64,000 nucleotides of DNA, taken from positions 2,528,001-2,592,000 of the forward strand of contig OZ220691.1 in the NCBI GenBank assembly GCA_965116475.1. The letters are read 5' to 3'. The stretch's first letter is position 1; the number at the start of each line of letters is the position of its first letter. The notes beneath the pieces were generated by a model, which had not been told where the DNA came from, made no database searches, and worked only from the letters and a program-made list of their open reading frames with translations. Made by a program: the position numbers and the translations under genes. Of this stretch, positions 1 to 10,899 are shown piece after piece. Origin of the DNA: Gemmatimonadota bacterium. GTDB taxonomy: Bacteria; Gemmatimonadota; Gemmatimonadetes; Palauibacterales; Palauibacteraceae.

Positions 1-307
1 CGTTGTACACGTGACGCGGGAGCCCCTCCATCCGGATCGGCGTCCTCCGCTCGATGGCGAGTTCCGCGAGAAGGGATCCGTCCGCCGCGAAGAGTTTCGT
101 CGCTTCCTTGGGTTCGAAGGCGTAGATCTGGGCGATGGAGGGACACGCGTCGCACAGGTGGGTCCACCCGCGCCACGCCACGCCTCCCCCCAGTCCACCG
201 CAGATCAGAACGGCAAGCACCAGGGCCCGCCGCACGTTTCTCCGCTTCCCGGCCGTCCCCCTCCTGGCGCCACGCGACCGGCGCGCGGTTCGTCGTCGAC
301 GGATCAT
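1..307 (-). CDS. Class A penicillin-binding protein (PBP1A family), 5' part; runs off the window
   Basis: Manual translation from ATG at 307: basic N-terminus, one TM helix (ALVLAVLICGGLGGGVAW), then CPSIAQIYAFEPKEATKLFAADGSLLAELAIERRTPIRMEGLPRHVYN, typical of the region preceding the transglycosylase domain. Not in the ORF track because no stop lies in the window. Confidence 0.8.
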   Translation of the reverse strand, partial: MIRRRRTARRSRGARRGTAGKRRNVRRALVLAVLICGGLGGGVAWRGWTHLCDACPSIAQIYAFEPKEATKLFAADGSLLAELAIERRTPIRMEGLPRHVYN

Positions 308-464
308 CCCCGTTCCCCCCCTGCGATCTCCCGGCCGTTCACTCGTTCCTCCGGACCTCACCCCTCGCGTCGGACCGCCGACGGCCCGATTCTGTCGTCA
401 CGCCGCCCCCGCCGGGGAGCGACCCGCGGCGGGGCGATACGGAATATACCAACACCAGGCGCAG

Positions 465-1676
465 ATGTTTCTTCCCGTAGACGAACAGATCCGCCGGATC
501 CGGGAGGGGGCGGAGTCCATCGTCCCCGAAGACGAACTCGCGGTCAAGCTCGAGCGTTCGGCACGAGAGGACCGGCCCCTCCTTATTAAACAGGGGTTCG
601 ACCCGACCCGGCCCGACCTCCACATCGGTCACGGCGTGTCGATCCACAAGCTGCGCACCTTCCAGGAACTCGGCCACCGCGTCGTCTTCGTGATGGGCGA
701 CTTCACGGCCCGCGTGGGAGACCCGAGCGGAAGGGACGAGACGCGGCCGATGCTGTCCGAGGAGGAGATCGAATCGCACCTCGCGACCTACGAAGACCAG
801 GTCTTCCGCATCCTCGATCCGGAGACGACCGAGATCCGGAGGAACAGCGAATGGCTCGCCGGCCTCGCGCTGGCGGACGTCCTGCGGCTGACGTCGCAGT
901 ACACGGTCGCCCGCATGCTCGAGCGCGACGATTTCGCCGCGCGCCACCGGGAGGGGCGTCCCATCAGCCTCGTCGAATTCCTCTATCCGATGATGCAGGC
1001 GTACGATTCCGTCGCGTTGCGGGCCGACGTGGAACTCGGGGGTACCGATCAGCTGTTCAACCTGCTGCTCGGGAGAACGCTCCAGGAGCGGGCGGGCCAG
1101 GAGCCGCAGGTGTGCCTCGTCATGCCGCTTCTGCGCGGGACCGATGGGCATCGGAAGATGTCCAAGAGCTACGGCAACTACGTCGGCGTCGCGATGGAGG
1201 CGGGAGAGACGTTCGGGCGGGTGATGTCGATCCCGGACACGTTGCTCGACGAGTGGCTCGTGCTCGTCTCGAGCGCCTCCGGAGAGGAACTCGACACCCG
1301 TCGCGCCCAGGCGGGGGCCGACCCCCTCGCGGCCAAGCGGTGGCTCGCCGCCGACCTCGTGGCCCGCTACCACGGCGCGGCGGCCGCCGGCGAGGCGCGG
1401 GAAGCGTTCGACCGCCTGCATCGGCGCCGGGAAGTACCGGAGGACGTCCCTGCCGTCTCGCTCTCCCTCGGAGGGCAGGAGACGCTCTGGATCGCGCACA
1501 TCCTCCGGGATTCGGGACTCGCGGCTTCCTCCTCGGAGGCGGGTCGACTCATCCGCCAGGGGGCCGTGCGAGTGGATGGGAGCGTGATCCGCGAACGCGA
1601 CCTCCGTCTGGGAGAAGGCGAGTATCTCGTGCAGCGCGGCAAACGAACGTTCGCGCGGATCTCTCTCCGTTCCTGA
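465..1676 (+). CDS. tyrS: Tyrosine--tRNA ligase
   Basis: GFDPTRPDLHIGH (HIGH), YPMMQAYD, GGTDQ, KMSKS and a C-terminal S4 domain; start set at ATG 465. Confidence 0.97.
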   Translation: MFLPVDEQIRRIREGAESIVPEDELAVKLERSAREDRPLLIKQGFDPTRPDLHIGHGVSIHKLRTFQELGHRVVFVMGDFTARVGDPSGRDETRPMLSEEEIESHLATYEDQVFRILDPETTEIRRNSEWLAGLALADVLRLTSQYTVARMLERDDFAARHREGRPISLVEFLYPMMQAYDSVALRADVELGGTDQLFNLLLGRTLQERAGQEPQVCLVMPLLRGTDGHRKMSKSYGNYVGVAMEAGETFGRVMSIPDTLLDEWLVLVSSASGEELDTRRAQAGADPLAAKRWLAADLVARYHGAAAAGEAREAFDRLHRRREVPEDVPAVSLSLGGQETLWIAHILRDSGLAASSSEAGRLIRQGAVRVDGSVIRERDLRLGEGEYLVQRGKRTFARISLRS

Positions 1677-1980
1677 AGTCCCCGCAAGGGTCTTGCACGG
1701 GCCGAAATCGGCGCTCATGTTGCCCGGTCCCCTTCGTGGGGAAGTTGCGCGTGTGCGCCGAAGGGCCGCACGCCACATGCGGGAATCGTCCGAGCTTCGG
1801 AGCCTGTCCGGCGCGTCGCAAAACGGTTCCGTCAATCGTTGTAAAGGAGTAGTGGTACGACACGACGTGTTTTTTTCGGTGGTCTCGATGCGGTGAACTG
1901 ACCCGGCCGCGTCGGGCGAGGGCTCGGCCCTCGAACAGATTCGGGTCGTAGAGGATCCCACTGCCACAGGAGGGCGATCC

Positions 1981-4900
1981 ATGTTGTTTCACTTGTCAGG
2001 GCGGCGGAGTCGCGCGAGCGCGCTGACCGCTGCAGCAGTGAGCGCCTGGCTCTTTATCGGCGCGGCCCCGCTGCTCGCTCAGGGAGCGGTGTCGGGGACG
2101 GTGACCGATGCGGAGTCGCTGGCCCCGGTGGCCGGCGCGCAGGTGTTTGTTGCGGGAACGGTGATCGGTACGCTGTCGGGCCCGGAGGGCACGTACCGGT
2201 TGGAAGGGGTGCCGGCGGGCGAACAGACCGTGACGGTCCGCCTGATCGGCTACCACGAGCTGTCGCAGACCGTGACGGTAACGTCCGGTCAGGTGGCGAC
2301 GTCGGATTTCTCCGTGGAGCAGACGGCCCTTCGCCTCCAGGACATCGTCGTGACGGGGGTGGTGGGCGAGACGCCGCAGGTGAAGCTCCCGTTCACGGTG
2401 GAGCGGCTGTCGGCGCAGGACCTGCCGGTTCCGTCGGCGGACGCCTCCTCGCTGCTGGCGGGTAAGGCGGCCGGCGTATCGGTCATATCCAACTCCGGCC
2501 AGCCCGGCCAGGAGTCATCGATTACGCTGCGCGGTCCGACCTCGATCAACGCGTCCGGCCGGAGCCAGTCGCCGCTGATCGTGATCGATGGCGTGATCCA
2601 GGCCGATGGCGCATCGCTTTCGGACGTGGGCGCGCTGGACATCGACCACGTGGAGATCGTGAAGGGTGCGGCGGCGGCGTCGCTGTACGGTTCGCGGGCG
2701 CAGAACGGCGTGATCGAGATCACGACGAAGCGCGGCACGGGCCTGCAGACGAACTCGCTGACGATCACCGGCCGCGGCGAATACGGCTTCGGCCAGCTGG
2801 TCGGCGATGTCGGTCTCGTGCGTTCGCATCCCTACGAGATGAACGCATCGGGAACGAAGTTCATCGACAGCGAAGGCAACGAAGTCGATTTCGGCGACCT
2901 CAACCGCCCCGGCTTCGGTTCCGCGCGGCTGTACAACCAGATCGCCCCGGGCGAGGCGGCGACGCCGCAGACGGCGTTCGCGAACCAGGCGTTCCCGACT
3001 GAACTGTTCGATCACATGGACACGTTCTTCGATCCCGGCGAGACCGTCGACGTCTACGGTGCGGTCACGGGCCGATTCGGCGAGTCGAGCTTCCGGGTGA
3101 GCGTCAACCAGTTCCGCGAGGCCGGCGTCGTGAGTTGTTCCGCCTGCGTCGACAACCTCGCCACGCTCAACGCGGACCGCGTTGCGCAGGGCCTCACGGC
3201 TTTCGACGTGGGGATTCCGAACGACGAGGGCTACGAGCGGCAGAACGTGCGCCTGAACGTGGACACGCGCTTCGGCGACCTGGACATCGCGGCGAGCGGC
3301 TTCTACTCGCGCTCCGACCAGGACGACAAGGCCGTGTCGACCGGCGCCTTCTCCCGGTTGACCTTCATGTCGCCTGCGCTCGATATCTCGCAGGTCGATC
3401 CGATGGACGGGTATCCGGACCTCAATGCGGATCCGCAGTCGATCGAGCCCAACCCGCTCTACCTGCTGGCCGTCAATGACAGCCGCGACGAGCGGACGCG
3501 GACGATGGGGTCCGTCGACCTCAACTTCTCGCCCGCGGCCATCGACTGGCTGACGCTCGAGGCGAACGCCTCGTTCGACCGGACCGACTTCAGCGATTAC
3601 ACGATCCGGCCCAAGAACGAGCGTACCGCGGGCGGCGGCGGCACCGGCGACTTCACGGGCGGCAGCCTCCGCGAGTTCAACTCGACCAACGAGGCGGTCA
3701 ACGCGTCGGTGACGCTCGGCGCGAGCCAGACGTTCATGGACGGCGACCTCACGGTGCGCGGTAAGGCCCGCTACCTGATCGAGGACCAGAGCTACCAGTC
3801 GAACGGTGTGTTCGGGAGCCGCTTCTCGGTGCAGGACGTGCCGAACTTCGGCGCCATCATCGGCGAGACCTCGGGGAACAACTTCACGAGCGCGGTCAAG
3901 GCGGAAGGGCTGTTCGGCATCGCGAGCGCCGACTACCGCGGCCGCTACATCATCGACGGCCTCGTTCGTCGCGACGGCTCCTCGCTGTTCGGGCCCGATG
4001 AGCGGTGGCAGACCTACTACCGCGGCTCGGTCGCCTGGCGCGTGGCGCAGGAAGATTTCTGGAACATCGACGCGATCGACGAACTGAAGCTGCGCTTCTC
4101 GCTGGGGACGGCGGGCGGGCGGCCGAACTTCGCCGCCCAGTACGAGACGTTCGGCGTCTCCGCGGGCGCGATCTTCCCGATCAACCTCGGAAACCGCGCG
4201 CTGAAGCCGGAGTTCACGTCCGAGAAGGAAGCGGGACTGAACTTCGTGTTCTTCGAGAACCTGGGTCTCGACCTCACCTACGCCTGGAACACGACGGATG
4301 ACCAGCTTCTGCAGGTTCCGCAGCCGGCGTTCGTCGGCTTCTCGAGCCAGTGGCAGAACGCGGGCGAGATCGCGGCGCAGACGTACGAGGTCTCGCTGCG
4401 CTACGCGGCGATCGACACGCAGGACATGGGCCTGCAGTTCCGGTTGAACTGGGACAAGACCCGGCAGGAGATCACGCGTCTGGACGTTCCGGACTACTCG
4501 TTCGGCAACTTCTACGTCTCCGAAGGTCGTCCGCTGGGCGAGCTGTGGGGCGAGCGGTGGGCCAGGAGCTGCGCGGACCTGGCGCCCATCGGCGTGTCGG
4601 CTTCCGACTGCAACGCCAACTTCCAGGTGAACGATGACGGTCTGCTCGTCCCGACGGGCGGCGCCGCCTTCACGGAAGGGTTCAGCAAGACGCTCTGGGG
4701 AACCCAGGTCGAGGTCGCCACGGACGACGGCAGCAACTCGTACCACTGGGGCCTGCCGGTGAAGGTTCAGGATTATTCGCCGGCCTGTGTCGCGAAGAAT
4801 CCTGGCGACTACACCGAGAAGTGCGTGCTCACCGAGTTCCTGCCGTTCGGAAACACGACGCCGGACTTCAACGCCTCGTTGGCGACGAACTTCCGGTATC

Positions 4901-5361
4901 ACGGTCTGAGTGTGAACGCGCTGGTGGAGACCTCCCAGGGCCAGTCGATCTACAACGGCACGGCGCAGTGGTCGCTTCGCGAACTGCGCGGCGAGGACAC
5001 GGACCAGACGGGCAAGCCGCTCGAGCACAACAAGCCCGTCGGCTACGCGTCCGCGGTCTACTCGGTCAACGCCGACAACGACTGGTTCCGCGAGGACGGC
5101 AGCTGGATCAAGCTGCGCGAGCTTTCGTTCGGCTATACGCTGCCCGAAGGCATGGTCGAAAGTCTGTTCAGCGGCGTCTTCGACAGGGTGACGCTGAACG
5201 TGATCGGCCGGAATCTGATCACGATCACGGATTACCGCGGTTACGACCCCGAGGTCGGCTACACCGGCGGACAGTTCGGGAGCGCGGCGCTTAACCGGAT
5301 CGACAGCTTCGGTTATCCGAACTTCCGGACGTTCACCTTCGCAGCCGAGTTGGTATTCTGA
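1981..5361 (+). CDS. SusC/RagA-family TonB-dependent outer membrane receptor, copy 1
   Basis: Signal peptide, N-terminal extension domain, IVVTG, plug motif IEIVKGAAAASLYGSRAQNGVIEITTKRG-like, RRDGSSLFG, DPEV, C-terminal Phe; RBS AGGAGG. Confidence 0.95.
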   Translation: MLFHLSGRRSRASALTAAAVSAWLFIGAAPLLAQGAVSGTVTDAESLAPVAGAQVFVAGTVIGTLSGPEGTYRLEGVPAGEQTVTVRLIGYHELSQTVTVTSGQVATSDFSVEQTALRLQDIVVTGVVGETPQVKLPFTVERLSAQDLPVPSADASSLLAGKAAGVSVISNSGQPGQESSITLRGPTSINASGRSQSPLIVIDGVIQADGASLSDVGALDIDHVEIVKGAAAASLYGSRAQNGVIEITTKRGTGLQTNSLTITGRGEYGFGQLVGDVGLVRSHPYEMNASGTKFIDSEGNEVDFGDLNRPGFGSARLYNQIAPGEAATPQTAFANQAFPTELFDHMDTFFDPGETVDVYGAVTGRFGESSFRVSVNQFREAGVVSCSACVDNLATLNADRVAQGLTAFDVGIPNDEGYERQNVRLNVDTRFGDLDIAASGFYSRSDQDDKAVSTGAFSRLTFMSPALDISQVDPMDGYPDLNADPQSIEPNPLYLLAVNDSRDERTRTMGSVDLNFSPAAIDWLTLEANASFDRTDFSDYTIRPKNERTAGGGGTGDFTGGSLREFNSTNEAVNASVTLGASQTFMDGDLTVRGKARYLIEDQSYQSNGVFGSRFSVQDVPNFGAIIGETSGNNFTSAVKAEGLFGIASADYRGRYIIDGLVRRDGSSLFGPDERWQTYYRGSVAWRVAQEDFWNIDAIDELKLRFSLGTAGGRPNFAAQYETFGVSAGAIFPINLGNRALKPEFTSEKEAGLNFVFFENLGLDLTYAWNTTDDQLLQVPQPAFVGFSSQWQNAGEIAAQTYEVSLRYAAIDTQDMGLQFRLNWDKTRQEITRLDVPDYSFGNFYVSEGRPLGELWGERWARSCADLAPIGVSASDCNANFQVNDDGLLVPTGGAAFTEGFSKTLWGTQVEVATDDGSNSYHWGLPVKVQDYSPACVAKNPGDYTEKCVLTEFLPFGNTTPDFNASLATNFRYHGLSVNALVETSQGQSIYNGTAQWSLRELRGEDTDQTGKPLEHNKPVGYASAVYSVNADNDWFREDGSWIKLRELSFGYTLPEGMVESLFSGVFDRVTLNVIGRNLITITDYRGYDPEVGYTGGQFGSAALNRIDSFGYPNFRTFTFAAELVF

Positions 5362-5461
5362 TTCTCTGCCCGTGGCAGTGGCGGGTCGCCCTCTCCGGAG
5401 GGCGGCCCCGCCTCGTTACGACAGGGGGATCGGGAGATACCGCTTGAACAACGGAGAGATC

Positions 5462-7186
5462 ATGAAAAGGAAGCTGACGCTACCGGCCTTTGCGCTGGCG
5501 TTGACGGTCGGCTTTTCGGGCTGTGACCTGCAGGTCGACAACCCGAACCAGCCGGACCGCGCCCGCGCGCTCGCCGGCCCGGACGATGTGGAGACGCTCA
5601 TCTCGAGCTCCTTCCTCAAGGTCTGGGAAATCGGACACTACTGGAACAACTCGAACTTTGCGTTCGGTCACATGGCCAGTCGCCACACGGCGACGTGGGG
5701 CAACATGGGGATGAACGACCTCGGTCGTGAGCCCCGCGAGTCCCTGCCGAACTCGCCCTCCTATCGCTGGGCCTACGTCTTCGAGGCCAACTGGGGTGAC
5801 GCCTACGGCGGCATCTCGGCGGCATCGGATGGGATCCGGGCCATCGAGGCGGGCCTCGAGATCGGTCCGGGCGGTGAGCGGAACGCTCGCGCCCTCGCCT
5901 TCGCGGCGGGCAACCAGGCGATCCTTTCCTGTCTGCTCGCGCTCTGGTACGACCAGGCCTTCATCGTCGACGAGACGACGGACCTGGGCGGCGAGCTCGA
6001 AACGGTCGACTACAACGCCATGTTCAGCTACGCGATGGGCAAGCTGGACGCGGCGGAGTCGCAGGCCCGAGGATCCTCGTTCACGCTCCAGGACACGTGG
6101 ATCAACGGGAACGCCTGGGACAACAACCAGTGGGCGGACTACCTCGTGGGCTGGAAGGCGCGCTGCGCGGCGAACATGCCGCGAACCGACGCCGAGGCCG
6201 CGGGCGCCAACTGGAGCGGAATCATCACCAACGCCCAGAACGGCATTGGTGACGTCGTCGTCGTGGGTGAGGACTCGTCGTCGGACAGCCCCTGGTTCGA
6301 TGGTCTCAAGACGCTCATGCAGGAAAACGAGACCTGGCACCGGATGCACATGGACTGGGTGGGCATGGCCGACCAGTCCGGGGAGTACCAGGACTGGCTG
6401 TCGATCCCGACGCAGCAGCGCACGGCGCGCAGGATGTCGTTTGGCGACGACATGCGCTTCCCGCCGAGCAACGAGAACGGCGTCACGTCGGAGGTCGTCA
6501 GCCCGTCGGTCGCATCCTTCGGCCCGCGGTCGCGCTACAACTCGACGATCATCTTTCGGCCGGAGCGTGGGACGTACCGGCAGTCGCACTACGGCGACAT
6601 GCGGTACGACGCCTACACGCTCAGCTGCAGCTTCTGCTTCTTCGGCGACATGGAGCACATGACGACGCAGGAGATGGAGGGCTACATCGCCGAGGCGCAC
6701 TACCGCATGGGCAACTTCGCGGGCGCCGCGGAGATCGTGAACAAGACGCGCATGGAAGCGGGCCTGCCGGCCGCGCCTGCCAACCCGACGGATGCGGTTC
6801 CGTCCAACGGTGCGGGCGAATGCACGCCCCGGAAGCGGTACGACACACAGGGACGCTGCGGCAACCTGCGCGACGCGATGTGGTTCGAGCACTTCGAGAA
6901 CGTGTTCAACGTCTTCGGTGGACTCGAGTTCTGGCACGGGCGTCGCAACGACATCCTGCCAGCGGGTACGGGGCTTCAGTTGCCGATCCCGGCTTCGGAC
7001 CTCGAGGTCCTGCAGCGCGACGTCTACACGTTCGGCGGTGGCGGTCCGAGTTCGGCGGGCGATCCGACCCCGTCGATCGTGCCCGGCAGCCTGGACGCGG
7101 CGCTGGAGCGGGCCGCCTATACGCTGGAGCGGTTCAGGGCCAGCCAGGCAGCCGACCGCAAGGCGCGGGATCTGGTTGTCAGGTAG
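5462..7186 (+). CDS. SusD/RagB-like lipoprotein, copy 1
   Basis: Lipobox FSGC then DLQVDNPN; AEAHYRMG...VNKTRMEAGL helical motif; LPIPASDL; directly downstream of SusC; RBS GGAGAG. Confidence 0.88.
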   Translation: MKRKLTLPAFALALTVGFSGCDLQVDNPNQPDRARALAGPDDVETLISSSFLKVWEIGHYWNNSNFAFGHMASRHTATWGNMGMNDLGREPRESLPNSPSYRWAYVFEANWGDAYGGISAASDGIRAIEAGLEIGPGGERNARALAFAAGNQAILSCLLALWYDQAFIVDETTDLGGELETVDYNAMFSYAMGKLDAAESQARGSSFTLQDTWINGNAWDNNQWADYLVGWKARCAANMPRTDAEAAGANWSGIITNAQNGIGDVVVVGEDSSSDSPWFDGLKTLMQENETWHRMHMDWVGMADQSGEYQDWLSIPTQQRTARRMSFGDDMRFPPSNENGVTSEVVSPSVASFGPRSRYNSTIIFRPERGTYRQSHYGDMRYDAYTLSCSFCFFGDMEHMTTQEMEGYIAEAHYRMGNFAGAAEIVNKTRMEAGLPAAPANPTDAVPSNGAGECTPRKRYDTQGRCGNLRDAMWFEHFENVFNVFGGLEFWHGRRNDILPAGTGLQLPIPASDLEVLQRDVYTFGGGGPSSAGDPTPSIVPGSLDAALERAAYTLERFRASQAADRKARDLVVR

Positions 7187-7361
7187 GAGAAGCAGCAGCC
7201 CGGCGGGGACCGGGCGGGGGGGTGGTTCTCCCCCTGGATTTTGAACCAGGAAGGCGGTCCGTTGGATAGACAGCCCTTCCAGGGAGTGCAGACGCCTCCC
7301 GGCGCCGTCAGTGGCGGCTCCGGGAGGCGTGCGCTTAACAACGAGACGAGCGTCGGCAAAC

Positions 7362-7409
7362 AACGATCGGGGGCCCGCGATCCCGGGGCCGCCGATCGTT
7401 TCTGTTGTT
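7362..7409 (+). terminator. Probable intrinsic terminator or attenuator between pair 1 and pair 2
   Basis: Stem AACGATCGG (7362-7370)/CCGATCGTT (7392-7400), inner GGCCC/GGGCC, followed by T-rich TCTGTTGTT. Confidence 0.55.
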
Positions 7410-7465
7410 GGGGCGGGGAGAGGGTTCGGGTCGCTTAGGGTCCCACGCTAGAGGAAGGGTGATCC

Positions 7466-10400
7466 ATGTTGCACAAGTCGTCAGAACGGTGGAGGCGCCG
7501 GGGCGCGCTGGCCGCCATGGCAGTGAGCGCCTGGCTCTTTATCGGCGCGGCCCCGCTGCTCGCTCAGGGAGCGGTGTCGGGGACGGTGACCGATGCGGAG
7601 TCGCTGGCCCCGGTGGCCGGCGCGCAGGTGTTTGTTGCGGGAACGGTGATCGGTACGCTGTCGGGCCCGGAGGGCACGTACCGGTTGGAGGGCGTGCCGG
7701 CAGGCGAGCAGACCGTGACGGTCCGCCTGATCGGCTACCACGAGCTGTCACAGACCGTGACGGTGGCGGCCGGCCAGGTGGCCACGGCGAACTTCTCCGT
7801 GGAGCAGACGGCCCTTCGTCTCCAGGACATCGTCGTGACGGGGGTGGTGGGCGAAACGCCGCAGGTGAAGCTCCCGTTCACGGTAGAGCGGCTCTCGGCG
7901 CAGAACTTCCCCGTGCCGGCGGCCGACGTCTCCGCGTTGCTGACGGCGAAGGCGGCCGGTGTGTCGGTCGTTTCCGGCTCCGGCCAGCCGGGCGCTGAAG
8001 CATCCATCATGCTGCGGGGGCCGACTTCCATCAATTCAGCGGGCCGCTCGCTGTCGCCGCTGATCGTGATCGACGGCGTGATCCAGTCGGAGTCGGCGTC
8101 GCTCTCCGACATCGGATCGCTGGACATCGACCACGTGGAGATCGTGAAGGGCGCGGCGGCGGCGTCGCTGTACGGATCGCGGGCGCAGAACGGCGTGATC
8201 GAGATCTCGACGAAGCGCGGCACGGGCCTGCAGACGAACTCGCTGAACATCCTCGCCCGCGGCGAATACGGCATCGCCCAGTTGGTGGGGGACGTCGGCT
8301 TGACCCGGTCCCACCCGTACCAGATGAACGCGGCGGGAACGCTCTTCATCGACACCGACGGGAACGAGGTCGCGTTCACCGACCTGAGCCGCGGCGGATT
8401 CGGTGCTCCGGTCCTCGCGAACCAGATCAACCCCGACGAACCGGGCGATTCCTTCACCTCGTTCGCCAACCAGGCGTTCCCGCATGAGCTGTTCGATCAC
8501 ATGAACACGTTCTTCGATCCCGGTGAAACGTTCGATGCCTACGGCGCCGTAACGGGCCGCTTCGGGGAGTCGAGCTTCCGGGTGAGCGTGGACCAGTTCA
8601 GGGAGGGCGGCATCGTGCGTTGCACGCCGTGCATCGACAACCTCTCCACGTTGAACGCGGACCGGGTCGCCCAGGGCTTGACGGCCTTCGACGTGGGGCT
8701 GCCCGACGACGACGGATACGAGCGGCAGAACGTACGCCTGAACGTCGACACGCGGTTCGGGGACCTGGACATCGCGGCGAGCGGGTTCTACTCGCGCGCC
8801 AACCAGGACGACAAGGCGCTCGAGAACGGCGCGTTCAGCCAGCTGACGTTCGCCTCGCCCGCCGTCGACCTGGCGCAGATCGATCCGGTGGACGGATATC
8901 CGCTGATCGATGCGGACTCCCAGTCCATCTCCAACAATCCGCTCTACCTCCTGGCGATCGTCGACAGCCGGGACAAGCGGACGCGGACGATGGGGTCGGT
9001 CGACCTGAACTACTCGCCAACGGGTCTCGACTGGCTGACCCTCGAGGCGAACGCGTCCTTCGACCGGACGGACTTCTACGACTACGAACTCTACCCGAAG
9101 AACGAGAAGACCCGGGAAGGGCCGACCGGCGGCAGCCTGCGCGAAGGCAACTTCGAGGACGAGGCGATCAACGCCTCGGTGACGCTTGGCGCGAGCGAGA
9201 CGTTCATGGACGGCGATCTCACGGTGCGCGGCAAGGCCCGCTACCTGATCGAGGACCAGCGCTTCGAGTCGAACGGCGTGTTCGGCACCCAGTTCTCCGT
9301 GCAGGACGTGCCGAACTTCGGCGCCATCACCGGCTCCACGACGGGCAGCAACTCCGTCCGGGCGATCAAGGCGGAAGGACTCTTCGGGATCGCGAGCGTG
9401 GACTACCAGGGCCGCTACATCCTCGACGGTCTGATCCGGCGCGACGGTTCGTCCCTCTTCGGGCCGGACGAGCGGTGGCAGACCTACTACCGGGGCTCGT
9501 TCGCGTGGCGCATCACGCAGGAGGATTTCTGGAACATCGACGCGATCGATGAACTGAAGCTGCGCTTCTCGCTGGGTACGGCGGGTGGGCGGCCGAACTT
9601 CCAGGCGCAGTACGAGACGTTCGGCATCTCCGGCGGCGCGATCTTCCCCGTCAACCTCGGGAACACCGCGCTCAAGCCGGAGTTCACGACGGAGCGCGAA
9701 GCGGGGATCAACTTCGTGTTCTTCGACAACCTGGGTCTCGACCTGACGTACGCGTGGCAGACGACCGACGACCAGTTGCTGCGCGTCCCGCAGCCGGCGT
9801 TCGTGGGCTTCTCGAGCCAGTGGCAGAACGCGGGCGCGATCTCGGCGCAGACGTATGAGATCTCCATGCGCTACGCACCGATCGACACGCAGGACATGGG
9901 CCTGCAGTTCAGGCTCAACTGGGATCGGACGCGCCAGGAGATCACGCGACTCGATGTTCCCGCGTACCGCCAGGGCACGTTCTTCGTCTCGGAGGGTCGT
10001 CCGCTGGGCGAGATGTGGGGCCATGTGCTGGCGAGAACCTGCTCGGATCTCGAACCCGTCGGCATCTCGGCTTCGGACTGCAACGCGAACTTCCAGGTGA
10101 ACGACGACGGCATCCTCGTGTGGACGGGAGGCGCCGACTACACGGAAGGGTTCAGTAAGAGGCTCTGGGGGACGGACGGGACGGTGCCCACGACGGATGG
10201 TGGCGAAAACAAGTACCTGTGGGGCATTCCGATCAAGGTCGTGGACTACTCGCCGGCGTGCGTGGCGAAGAACCCGGGCAACTACATGGAGAAGTGCCAG
10301 CTGACCGACGTGCTTCCGTTCGGGAACACGACGCCGGACTTCAATGTGTCGTTCGGGTCCAACTTCCGTTACAAGAGCCTCGCCCTGAACGCCCTCGTGG

Positions 10401-10834
10401 AGTCGTCGATGGGTCACTCCATCTACAACAACACGGCGCAGTGGGCGCTCCGGGACGACCGGGGCGAGGACGTGGACCAGACGGGGAAACCCCTCGAGTT
10501 CAACAAGTCCATCGGGTACGTGGCGGGGGTCTATCTCTCGAACAACGACAACGACTGGTTCCGCGAAGACGGCGACTGGATCAAGGTTCGCGAATTGTCG
10601 ATCGGGTACACGCTGCCGGATGGCATGCGGCAGAGCCTCTTCGGCGAGATGTTCGACCGGGTTACCCTCAACGCGATCGGCCGCAACCTGCTGACGATCA
10701 CGGACTATCGCGGATACGATCCCGAAGTTGGCCGGAGCGGCGGCGAACTCACGAACGCGGGCCTGCAGAGGTACGACAGCTTCGGCTATCCGAACTTCCG
10801 CTCGTTCACCTTCTCGGCGGAACTGGTGTTCTGA
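7466..10834 (+). CDS. SusC/RagA-family TonB-dependent receptor, copy 2
   Basis: Colinear paralog of 1981..5361 with the same motifs. Confidence 0.95.
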   Translation: MLHKSSERWRRRGALAAMAVSAWLFIGAAPLLAQGAVSGTVTDAESLAPVAGAQVFVAGTVIGTLSGPEGTYRLEGVPAGEQTVTVRLIGYHELSQTVTVAAGQVATANFSVEQTALRLQDIVVTGVVGETPQVKLPFTVERLSAQNFPVPAADVSALLTAKAAGVSVVSGSGQPGAEASIMLRGPTSINSAGRSLSPLIVIDGVIQSESASLSDIGSLDIDHVEIVKGAAAASLYGSRAQNGVIEISTKRGTGLQTNSLNILARGEYGIAQLVGDVGLTRSHPYQMNAAGTLFIDTDGNEVAFTDLSRGGFGAPVLANQINPDEPGDSFTSFANQAFPHELFDHMNTFFDPGETFDAYGAVTGRFGESSFRVSVDQFREGGIVRCTPCIDNLSTLNADRVAQGLTAFDVGLPDDDGYERQNVRLNVDTRFGDLDIAASGFYSRANQDDKALENGAFSQLTFASPAVDLAQIDPVDGYPLIDADSQSISNNPLYLLAIVDSRDKRTRTMGSVDLNYSPTGLDWLTLEANASFDRTDFYDYELYPKNEKTREGPTGGSLREGNFEDEAINASVTLGASETFMDGDLTVRGKARYLIEDQRFESNGVFGTQFSVQDVPNFGAITGSTTGSNSVRAIKAEGLFGIASVDYQGRYILDGLIRRDGSSLFGPDERWQTYYRGSFAWRITQEDFWNIDAIDELKLRFSLGTAGGRPNFQAQYETFGISGGAIFPVNLGNTALKPEFTTEREAGINFVFFDNLGLDLTYAWQTTDDQLLRVPQPAFVGFSSQWQNAGAISAQTYEISMRYAPIDTQDMGLQFRLNWDRTRQEITRLDVPAYRQGTFFVSEGRPLGEMWGHVLARTCSDLEPVGISASDCNANFQVNDDGILVWTGGADYTEGFSKRLWGTDGTVPTTDGGENKYLWGIPIKVVDYSPACVAKNPGNYMEKCQLTDVLPFGNTTPDFNVSFGSNFRYKSLALNALVESSMGHSIYNNTAQWALRDDRGEDVDQTGKPLEFNKSIGYVAGVYLSNNDNDWFREDGDWIKVRELSIGYTLPDGMRQSLFGEMFDRVTLNAIGRNLLTITDYRGYDPEVGRSGGELTNAGLQRYDSFGYPNFRSFTFSAELVF

Positions 10835-10899
10835 TGCCCCTCCGGGAAACGGAGGCCGGACGGATATCCGCGGACATGGACTGAGTTTATGGAGGGGTC

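Noticed and set aside
1693..1980. Possible promoter TTGCAC-17-CATGTT and riboswitch leader for SusC copy 1
   Set aside because: Weak -10 element, and no cobalamin, TPP or other aptamer consensus recognisable by eye.
1952..1980. GGATC...GATCC stem around the RBS of each susC (also before 7466 and 12735)
   Set aside because: Only about 5 bp and explicable by shared ancestry of the duplicated leaders.
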